A DNA stretch of 63,711 bases, the filler included, from Octopus bimaculoides (Eukaryota), in NCBI RefSeq assembly GCF_001194135.2. It is 9 parts of 8 records of this genome, joined end to end, with 100 filler letters (N's around TTAATTAATTAA, not from the genome) between each part and the next. Parts side by side here need not be neighbours in the genome. Positions count along the whole stretch, not along the records: positions 14,814 to 22,653 come from NC_068984.1; positions 22,754 to 45,281 come from NC_068982.1; 7 more parts are not named here. One strand, written 5' to 3'. The position numbers and the translations under genes were made by a program. How positions within the stretch are numbered: the stretch's first letter is position 1; each line of letters starts with the position of its first letter. Under the pieces are notes generated by a model. That model saw only the letters and a program-made list of their open reading frames with translations, did not search any database and was not told the DNA's origin. Positions 14,845-25,658 of this stretch are shown piece after piece.

Positions 14845-15570
14845 CAGAGAATAAATTCTCGTCTAAATTACGCAAAAATGAAAACACTGACATCTTATTT
14901 TAACATATATTTACCAAAATTACATAAAAATATCTTGAAATACTAAGGAGTAAATTTATTCAATAAAATCGCTATTGGCTTCAACTATGGCCTCCAAACG
15001 GAACCTTCTGCAACTCTTCTGGACGATCTTCCTGTTTAAATTGATGAATGCTGCCATAATCCATGCCTTCGATCCATCTTTGGTGATACGAGGAATTTTT
15101 TGGTCTCTCACTCAACTGTGTTCCACACATAGTAATGAAGTGTGTTGCAGTCTGGGGACTTAAGTGACCAGATGTTCTAGTCGCAGAAACTGTCTGACAG
15201 CCATGACTGGGTTCTCTTGCTTGTTGACAGACAGGTCTTCCAGCAGCCATCCTCTTCCCCCAGGGCAGCACTACCTCCTCCAGACACTTGACGTTGGCCT
15301 CTTTGTTGAGTCTGAGGCTGTGTGGAAAGATGAATGGAGTCATAACGTTGCCATCACTAGTACCATGATGTTGCCTGGGTATTTGATTTTTATCACTCTC
15401 GGTACATATTTTGGGGACACAGCAAGCCAACGATTGTTCTGGGTGTTCACCATCTGATCCTGGCAGAAATTTTTCACGTCTGAGAAAAACCAAAACATGT
15501 TCGATGGGAGGAGATGCTTGAGTTTGTTCAAAAGCTTTGTAGCACGGTTTTTCCTCGCCCTATCTCCCGT
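14845..15570 (-). mobile_element. 5'-truncated Tc1/mariner transposase relic, maT/DD37D-like
   Basis: Frameshifted pieces WFFSDVKNFCQDQMVNTQNNRWLA, MTPFIFPHSLRLN, SPDCNTLHYYVW, ending RLEAIVEANSDFIE* (stop 14956-58). Subfamily is inferred from motif resemblance. Confidence 0.85.
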
Positions 15571-16680
15571 GATATAATTAGATATATGTATATATAATGT
15601 ATATAAATCACAGTATGTGTGTGTATATTGGCTAACGCATACATTTGAACAATTCTCAACTGATTTCCACTAAACTTTACACGCACATTACTTACGTTCT
15701 AAGGATGGTCATGCACTATAACATTTCCCCCAGAACTTCCGCGTAGGTGGACAAACCGAGAAAAACAGTGGTTTGCACGGGTTTTTCTCTAATTTGTTGT
15801 ATGAGCATAATTTTTTAGCATATAGGGTATTCCATAATTTTTTACTGTATGGTCGTATTAGAGAATTCTTTTGTGGTTTTCACATTTTCTATTTACTATT
15901 TATTTATATGTTGTAATTATGCATTATTACTTTCTATTTTTTGTATGTGCATCGGTATTTTTTGATTTTGTGTTTTGGTTTTCCATAATTTTTTAATCTA
16001 TATGGTCGTATATTTGCATTACAGAGTATTGTTTAGTTATTTAAAATTTTTTTAATATTTATTATTTGTCTGCCTTACAAGGTGACATCTTTTCACTGCG
16101 AACTGCTAAACATTCAAAACAGTATTCGTGAACTGAAGTCAAACTCTTCATGTCTTCATTTTTCGTTAACTGAAGTCAGTTTCAGAGTGGTCGTACACCG
16201 TAAGCACGTAGTAAATACATTTCTTTAGATCTACTTTTTCAAGTAGGTATTATATTGCCATTTTAAACGTAACAATCATACTTTTCGCCGAAGAAATAGC
16301 TCCTTTTGCTGTTGAATAAAAAACTCGCCGAGCGGAAGTTTCAACACCTTCCTTCCGTTTCCATACAAAATTTATGTGATTGTTTCTGACAAGAAATTTC
16401 GCGTTCATCTAAAACAACAATATTTTGTTGTCATTATCTGTGATCTACTCTCAAAACACTTCAGCAGCTCTGCTTCGCATCGCTTGCAAACTTATGTGAT
16501 GTATGATCATTAAAGTGCAACGACCTCAGCAGTAATCAGCCTTCAATTTGGTTTTATGCTCTTAGGTTAATCAGAAATATAGATTGCCGTGCTACTCATA
16601 AATCTCGGTAGTTCAATTATTTGGTGAAGAAAATACCACCAAAGCAACTTAAACCGTCCAAAGAACGGGTGAGTTGGCAA

Positions 16681-16760
<80 letters not shown>

Positions 16761-17786
16761 CAAATGAATATATATATGTACATATATATAATATACTATA
16801 TATGATATATAAAATAAGTATATATAATATATATAAAATATATATAATATATATATATAATACATCATATATAATATAATATATATAACATATATAATAT
16901 ATATATATATATAATATCTATAATATAAGATATATAATATGTATATATAATATGTATATATGATATATATGTATAATATATATAATATACATTTATATAA
17001 TACATATACATAATATATATACATAATATCATATATATATATAATATATATAAATACAATATAAATATATATAATATATATATATGTATATTATATATAT
17101 AAAACAATATATATATAATATATAATAAATATATATAATATAGATAAAATATATATAATATATATATATCATATATATATATAGCTTGCTTACCAACCGC
17201 ATGGTTCCGGGTTCAGTCACACTGCGTGGCACCTTGAGAAGGTGTCTTCTACTATAGCCTCGGGCCGACCAAAGCCTTGTGAGTGGATTTGGTAGACGGA
17301 AACTCAAAGAAACCCGTCGTATATATGTATATATATATAAATATGTGTGTATATGTTTGTGTGTCTGTGTTTATCCCACCAACATCGCTTGACAACCGAT
17401 GCTGGTGTGTTTAAGTCCACGTAACTTATTATTTCAACATCATCGCTTTAATTTATCAGTAATATTGGTAATAAAGTAAGAGGCTTTAATTTTAGACAAG
17501 TATAACCACAACAAATTGTGTGTTTACAGATATTTATTATATTAAACTGTTTGTATGTTATATATGTACAAGTATATTTATATTATATTAACCCCACCCC
17601 ATTTCTGTGAGGACGTATGTGTCATTTAAAGCTTTACAATGTGGAGGACAAAGAGAATGTTTAGTTAACATGTTTATTATATCCATTAATATCATAAATA
17701 TAATTGAAAAGAAAACATAATTATATAGAATAATGTCTGCATGTATATATGCATGTATGTAGGAATTAAAACATAAGAATAATTAC

Positions 17787-17961
17787 CTTTGTCGAGCATA
17801 TATTCAGTGCATGTTATGCAAGGACAAGTAAAAGGAAGTGAGAGCACATCTCGCAGAGCAAAGCCTCTTACATGTGAAAAGTGTGATGGCTTTGTTTGAG
17901 GGTTCAACTTGCCAACTTTTTGTAATCCACGAGCAATACTTCTCGAAACTTCGAAAAACAT
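17787..17961 (-). CDS. Candidate first coding exon of a minus-strand gene (MFFEVSRSIARGLQKVGKLNPQTKPSHFSHVRGFALRDVLSLPFTCPCITCTEYMLDK)
   Basis: ccgccaaaATG start context, 58 open codons, donor aag|GTAATT, CpG-retaining surroundings. Arg/Ser-rich, acid-poor N-terminus. Product not recognised. Confidence 0.4.
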
Positions 17962-19567
17962 TTTGGCGGAAAGTTTATATAACTTTTCTTTAATGTCAGC
18001 TGCCGTTGACTGACATACCTGTCTATAAGCGTAGGCATTGCCTTTTTTAAGTGTGTTTATGCCTTTCTAAACGAATTTTGCTCACGTGAGCCTAAACACA
18101 AATTTACTGAGATAAATGCATATGTGTGCATTTATACATAAGAAACATGACATGTGGCAATCATATTTTGATATTTTCCTTAGGTTCAGTTTCATTTGCT
18201 TCCGACTGGTAGTAGCATATCATGTAGATTGATGTGAAAAATATGGGAATGTATTGCACGCCCAGGAAAACATATGCATACGTGCATATTGAATAATAGT
18301 GCGCATACAGGCGCACGTTGCTAAGATATACTCTATACACCTGACTAAACATCTAACCAACTTGACAGATCTCACAGAAGACTGAATCAATTATATAGCT
18401 ATGCTTCACCTTCTACAAAAATCTTGACAGATTGTATATATCATGCACTGACTTGCATCTTATATTTATATATTATAGAAATATATGCACTTTAAACAAA
18501 CAATTAGCATCTTAATAAAATGCACCACATTTAGAAAAATGTATTTAACATGCACATGGCAACTTACAAATTTTATTAACCCAGCATGTAAACATATACG
18601 ACTTGCTCCTAAAATCAATACAATGTATATGTTACTTGGAAATATTTGCACTCATTGATGTACATACACACATACAAGGCAAATTTGTACATACAAATAT
18701 ACGAACGTGAACGGATAAATGTTGACATATGTGTTTTAGAAGATGAAAGCTAGAATTCTTATAATAAACCAATGTTCTACGTATTAGCAAAACTATATAT
18801 TGATAAAATTCAGCCAGCATTACATGTCAACATTCTTGCAACCATCAGTTGCTTCAAATTAGAGACAAATACCTTGAGAAAATGACTAAGTAATTATATG
18901 TCTCCAAATTTTTATCTTTTGAGATACAAATTGTAAAGTAAATTGATATCGCAAACGATTACTTAAGTAATGCGTAAGAATTGATTTTTCAACTGGCATG
19001 CAGAGCTCCGTATCAAATAAAACGAATAAACAAAACATATAAACAAAAATAAGATGGGAATAAATAAATAAACGAACATCGACGTAAGAATTCCGGAAAT
19101 AGTGCAACAACGCTAGAGGCAAGGAAAGTTCGATACCAGATTGATCCTTGATTATTTAGTATTATATATGATTCTGTCTACAGACATGATAAAATAACGT
19201 AGAAAATGGCTTACGCTAAAAGCAGGCGAACTTCATTTGAATGAATGAATGAAAGTAGAACAAATGTAAATAAACAAATAAATGAATAAATTATTTCATT
19301 GAAATTTTATTTCTTGCAGTTTTGTCTCGAGGAGTAAAAAGCAAACTGAGATATTAGAGAATTATAATATGCAGGTATGTATTTATGCACATCTGTCTGT
19401 CTGTCTATCTGTCTCTGTCTGTCTCTGTCTGTCTCTCTGTCTCTGTCTTTGTTGCTCTCTCTCTCCTTACATATATATATATATATATATTTTCGCACAT
19501 ATACATAAATACATTTATAAATATATGTGTGTGTGTATAAGTATCAATATATATGCACATGTGTGTT

Positions 19568-19613
<46 letters not shown>

Positions 19614-20690
19614 CGCGTGCGTGTACATACATACTATGTTGTTAGGTAGCTTTGGCTGAAACCCATTGATAATTACTCAATACTTTATAATGTTTTATGT
19701 GCTAGAGGCAAAGAAGTAGGCCAACAGGAAGAGAAAATAAATGATTATCCTAGAACAAAAGAGGAGGAAAAGCATTCAGACACCATTAGATATGAATGCT
19801 GTCTCTACTAAAAAGAGTTTTAAGCGTTGTTGGCATTCATGCGGAAGAAAATAATTCACAGAAATGAATTAAAATAAGTCTGTTGGAATCGAAACCAGAA
19901 TTTGATAAATCCATTTATTTTAAATACGAACCTTACTAATAAGTGTTGTCTAGCTATTATAGTAGGTGATTGCACTGGAATAGTAAGATTTCTGACAGTA
20001 AGATGTATTCTCAAAAAAATCGTTGTGGGTTGTTTACTAGTGAATCTGACGGCGATATTTAATGTTGATGTTCTACTCTCTATTGAAGAATGCATTAAGA
20101 ATGCATTAAGAATGCATTAAGCATTTTATTACTCTATTATTTTGGGGTGGAAACTAATTGCTATAATTAAAAGTGGAGTTTGATAGAAATCAAAACGAAT
20201 TTGGCTACCAAGAATTTGAAACATATCAAAGCCTGTCCCTAAGTAATATTTTCTAATGAAAATAGGAAATAATATATAAAGCAGAATTATGTTTCCTTTC
20301 AATTTCTATAATATTGGACTAGATATGTTATAACAATTAATCCAAAGTTATGGGCCTTGATAAGTACTTCTATGACTATCGGCTTACTTGCTCTTAAGGT
20401 ATTTGCATGATATACATATATACAGATAAAAATGAACGCTAGCCAAGACAACAGAAGCGAGATAATAAGTTTTCTCTTAAGATACATGTAGCTAAACTTT
20501 TCCAGTCCACTTATTAAGAGGGAAGCCACAATTAATTGACAATTAAAAACAAACTATTGCTCTCCTTTGTTTTTGTTTCGTTGTGTAATACAGTTTATAA
20601 AATTTGTTCATCTATAAATATGTAAGATAAAGGTAATATATGAGTTGCTGTATTTACAAACCAACTATCTCCTCCAATAAAAAATTATAC

Positions 20691-20751
20691 CTTCTCTTCT
20701 TTGGTTCTTGAATAATCATTTATCTTCTCTTCACATTGGTCTATTCTCCGT
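20691..20751 (-). CDS. Candidate 61-bp exon (RRIDQCEEKINDYSRTKEEK)
   Basis: gtttcgtgttgttAG acceptor and aag|GTATAA donor on the minus strand. A diverged inverted paralog at 19706-19772 keeps the EEKINDY.RTKEE reading. Confidence 0.35.
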
Positions 20752-21695
20752 CTAACAACACGAAACCTTTATGTCTATTGACATATTATCAACAGTTGTC
20801 TCAGTACACCTTGTGATAGATCTCTGGTTTCTCCAGTCATGTTTTACCGTGTATAGAGGGCGAGGAAGAATGAGCTTTCATACGAGGATTAGCATGAGTT
20901 TACTTATAAATTTCTGAAAAACGCATTTCTAATGAAATTTTGCAGTATCATTTAACTTATTCTTCTTTCAATCATTGGACTGAGGTCATGCTGGAACACC
21001 ACCTTAAAAGGTTTTAGACGAAAGAATCGACCTCAGTAATTAATTTTCGAGCATGGTACTTATTCTATAGATCTCTTCTACGGATTCGCTAAGGACGTAA
21101 ATCGAGCGGCGGCGGAGAACAAATACAAAAAAAGAAACACACACACATACACACATGTATGACGGACTCCTTTCAGTTTCTGTCTACCAAATCCACTCAT
21201 AAATTTTGGTCGGCCTAGGGTTATAGTAATAGAGGCTTGCCCAAGTTGCCGTGCAGTGGGACTGAACCCAAGATACATGATTGTAAAGCAAGCTTTGTAA
21301 ACACAGCCATGCTTGCTGATTATCATGATAAAATTTAGAAAAATAAAAACATATGTTTACTACAAATATACAAATGAAAAATTTGTTTAACTTAAGTTTA
21401 TTTTAGAATAATGAATATTTTTAAAACTTAGTATTCATTTCATTATTTTGTATAAGTGCCAAGAAATTTGATATATGTTAAATTATGATAAATTTATTGT
21501 ATAATGCCATATTTCCTGATATCCCCCACGGTAGCAAAAGTATACTTCCAATGTTATCAGACTTTATAACGAGTAATACTCTAGTGTAAACAATAAACAT
21601 AAGCAATCATTTGAAAGACAAAAGAGCAACAAGAACACTGACAGTATTTGAACCATGTATTTATAGATGTCAAGTAATAAACTTACTAAGTAAAC

Positions 21696-22082
21696 TGTTG
21701 TTGTTGGCACTCCGTCGCTTACGACGTCGAGGGTTCCAGTTGATCCGATCAACGGAACAGCCTGTTCGTGAAATTAACGTGCAAGTGGCTGAGCACTCCA
21801 CAGACACGTGTACCCTTAACGTAGTTCTCGAGGATATTCAGCGTGACACAGTGTGACAAGGCTGACCCTTTGAATTACAGGCACAACAGAAACAGGAAGT
21901 AAGAGTGAGAGAAAGTTGTGGTGGAAGAGTACAGCAGGGTTCGCCACCTTCCCCTGCCGGAGCCTCGTGGATCTTCAGGTGTTTTCGGTCAATAAACACT
22001 CACAACACCCGGTCTGGGAATCGAAACCGCGATCCTATGACCGCAAGTCCGCTGCCCTAACCACTGGGCCATTGCGCCTCCA
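21696..22082 (-). mobile_element. Full-length tRNA-derived SINE, family 2 tail type a
   Basis: Head GGCGCAATGGCCCAGTGGTTAGGGCAGCGG...GGTTTCGATTCCC with A/B boxes; (ACA)n tail. The same tail recurs at 51229-51385 (+). Confidence 0.85.
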
Positions 22083-22998
22083 CAGTAACTAAACTACTGA
22101 GTGGTTAAACTGATTTAAGTATTGTTGGGTATCATAAAATGTTTCTGTTACTTCAACTTTACACGTAACATTTACACGTAAATTCAACTGACTTTGCCTG
22201 TCGATCTTTTAATGTTCATAAAATATGATACACCAACGAAGCTTTAAAAGATCTCTTTTTCAACATAATTGGGTTAATGTTTCGATGAACGAAGTCCTCG
22301 TTATTATGGTAATAACTATGAAGCGTATTTTGTAGTGTGGCAGTAAGTTTTCAATAAACTGAGTAATGTTGCTTGCCTGAATAAGAATCACTTCACTTCA
22401 CCTGTGTCAATTATATTATTGAAAACCAATGAACATGCCAACATCGATCACTTTGATTCTCTTTCAGTCAATTGTAACGAATATATTACCAATTACTTTC
22501 GATTTTCAGTATCACAATTTTTATTTTTAAATATTCATAAAGCTCAAGTTGTATTTTGTCTGTCTGTCTGTTTGTATGTATGGATAGAGGTATCTATCAG
22601 TGTATGTATAAATGAATGTAAAAGAATATTTATGTATATACATACACACATATNNNNNNNNNNNNNNNNNNNNNNNNNNNNNNNNNNNNNNNNNNNNTTA
22701 ATTAATTAANNNNNNNNNNNNNNNNNNNNNNNNNNNNNNNNNNNNNNNNNNNNGAATAGAATTTATTTTCGATAATTTCAATTGATTTTAATTGATTTTA
22801 ATCGATTTAAATTTCTTTTCTATTTGAAAATTGGTTATGAAACACATGTAATCTTTTTATTATATTTATCTTATGATATTTACTTTACTTTATATTATAC
22901 TCATTTATTGTACTTTTAATTATTAATTTTTCTATATGTGATAGTGGATTTTCATCGATGAGTTCTTGAAAATTGGTTATTTTCCCTAAAACTATATA

Positions 22999-23034
<36 letters not shown>

Positions 23035-23117
23035 TGTTAGAGAAATACAAAATCCGGACTTACAAGGAAATACAATTTAATAATATCAAATTGAGTTGTA
23101 TAATGAAAAATATTTTA

Positions 23118-24313
23118 ATAATTTAGAGAAGAACTACCATGGTGCAACTCACACGATGAACTAGATCAGACACCTTCAAGAAAAGCGTACTATACAAAAT
23201 ACTAGTTTAAAAATCTAAAAAATTCAAGGGAAAATTTGTAATACATAAAATCTAAGAAATATTGGGCTAAAAATTTAAATCAGTTTAGTAAATTTATAAA
23301 AACGAAAGTGAATGAAAGACAACTTGCGTTTCATGGCCACATAAAAGTAGGGAATATCTGGTCAATCTACAATGAATCGATCAAGATAAATACCACTCAT
23401 AATGAGGACACTCCTCAGGTCAAGTAACTTCAAAAAACGTATCCTGATATTTAAAAATGCGATCAAATAAGAAAAGTTAGAAAAATCTGTACGTTTAAGC
23501 AAAATTTAATACAATTTAGTGCACTTACCTTATAATTTTTTCATTTTAGTTTTTCTTCCCTCTTCTCCTTACACGCCATGTTGTCTCACGTGTGTTTAGT
23601 TCTATACGTTAGTTTTGATATTTGTGGTCACATGTGGGCGCCATTTTGTCACGTGATACACTTCGTATATATTTCTTTGCCTCATGGGTAATACCACAGT
23701 CAACTAAGAATCTTCATTAAGTTAAGTGAGGATGTTCTTTTTCCTAATTTTCCTGAACGTCTTCTTCCATTTGATAGTTAATTACACTTTCTTTATATAT
23801 GTTTTCTTTTTCCTTCTCTACAGATATTATTTCTCCAATACACGTTTTATGCCTTCAACTTGACAGATATTTATTGTTATTTGATTTTTATTATTATAAA
23901 ACCTTGACACTTTTCTTTGTACACAAATTTTGCTTAAACGTACAGATTTTTCTACTTTGCTTATTTTATCGCATTTTTAAATATCAGGATACATTTTTGA
24001 AGTTACTTGACCTGAGGAGTGTCCTCATTATGCGTGGTATTTATCTTGATCGATTCATTATAGATTGACCAGATATTCCCTACTTTTATGTGGCCATGAA
24101 AAGCGTGGAGTCTTTCATTCACTTTCGTTTTTATAAACTTACTAAACTGATTTAAATTTTTAGTCCGATATTTCTTAGATTTTATGTATTACAAATTTTC
24201 TCTTCGATTTTTTAGATTTTTAAACTAGTATTTTGTACGGTACGTTTTTTCTTGATGGTATCTGATCTCCTTCATCGTTTGATTTGCACCATGGTGGTTT
24301 TTCTCTAAATTAT
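23118..24313. repeat. Long inverted repeat, arms ~23118-23507 and ~23925-24313, loop ~420 bp
   Basis: The right arm is the reverse complement of the left over ~390 bp with scattered substitutions (e.g. atgaggacactcctcaggtcaagtaacttc / gaagttacttgacctgaggagtgtcctcat). Confidence 0.95.
23529..23690. promoter_or_regulatory. Putative bidirectional promoter / first-exon core
   Basis: Two YY1-type motifs (CGCCATGTT ~23574, GCGCCATTTT ~23638) and two CACGTG E-boxes (one as TCACGTGA). Minus-strand donor aag|GTAAGT at 23528; plus-strand donor tgg|GTAATA ~23689 with a pyrimidine-rich acceptor ending ctacAG at 23823. Confidence 0.45.
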
Positions 24314-25560
24314 TTATATATATATATATATATANNNNNNNNNNNNNNNNNNNNNNNNNNNNNNNNNNNNNNNNNNNNNNNNNNNNNNNNNNNNNNNNNN
24401 NTATATATATGTATATGCATATATACATACATACATGTAAATATTTACATATATATGTATATACACATGCATATATGGGTACAGGACGTCAAAAAAAAAC
24501 GGGAACATGAAATATGAAAACAAGGAAAACGAACTTTTTTGCGAACAACGGAAAAAAAAACAAATAGAAAAACAAGACAGGCAACATAAAGAACAATCCC
24601 CTCATCAGTTGTCCACTGTTTTATTTACTCCATATTATATCCACTTCACAATCATATGGTTCCAGGTTCAGTCCCACTGCATGTCACCTTGGGCAAGTGT
24701 CCTCTACTATAGCCTCAGGCCAACCGCAGCATAGTGAGTGGATTTGGTAGATGGAAACTGAAAGAAGTCTGTCATACATGTGTGTGTTTGTGTTTACGTT
24801 TGTGTCTTGAAAACCGGTGTTGGTGTATTTACTTCCCTGTAACTTAGCATTTCAACAAAATAGATCAATAAAATATGTACCAGGATTAAAACGAAAGTAA
24901 GTACTGGGGTTGATTTGCTTGACAAAAATTCTTCAAGGTGGTGCCCCGGCATGGCCACAGTCTAATGACTGAAACAATCAAAAGAATATTACTGAAGAAT
25001 TATAAGATATTCTAATAAAAGAGTTGTGTTTTATAAGTTCTGCTCCCATTGAAAATACATTTACCATTTTTAGAACATGCAGCTATAGAATATTCTTTCA
25101 TTACCATTACATTCACTTTTCCATGCTTCCATTGGTCAGATAGAATTCCCCGAGGCAGGTTTTTTCTATGGGTGGATGTCCTTCTTGTCACCAACCCCAA
25201 ACTGTTTCAAGGCATGGCAATATTTTTCATGGCTTGACATCAGTTTTATGGAAGATTGGAAATGAACAACAGTTGTTTGCAGCCAACATGCAATGACCAG
25301 AGAAGGTGTCACTCATATATACATTAACACACACACACACATATATATATGTATATGCATACATTCATATATATCAAAATCAAAATGGAAATTGTAATTG
25401 TGACCCAAGTGCTGGTGGCACGTAAAAAGCACCATCCAAATGTGGTTGATGCCAGTGCTGCCTTGACTGGCTTCTGTGCTGGTGGCATGTAAAAAGCACC
25501 AACTGATCGTGGTCGTTGCCAGCCTCTGCCCCCTGTGTGTGTGTGTGTGTGTGTGTCTTT

Positions 25561-25658
25561 ATGTATTTTCATTCTGGTATTGCTTGGACAGCAGCAACAT
25601 TGTTCATGTCCTGCATAAACAGAAATATCAGGCAGCTCAGTAGTCCAACATGTGAAAA
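25561..25658 (+). repeat. 98-bp direct duplication, partner at 28411-28508
   Basis: Three substitutions between copies; both preceded by (TG)n. Confidence 0.95.

Noticed and set aside
16079-16151. Possible minus-strand first exon MKSLTSVHEYCFECLAVRSEKMSP with GTAAGG donor
   Set aside because: Short, with competing plus-strand donors at 16200 and 16669 and no confidently linked exon; cannot be supported from sequence alone.
22000-22082. tRNA-like A/B box sequences here and at 31967 and 39024
   Set aside because: They continue into SINE bodies and lack a proper acceptor stem; SINE heads, not tRNA genes.
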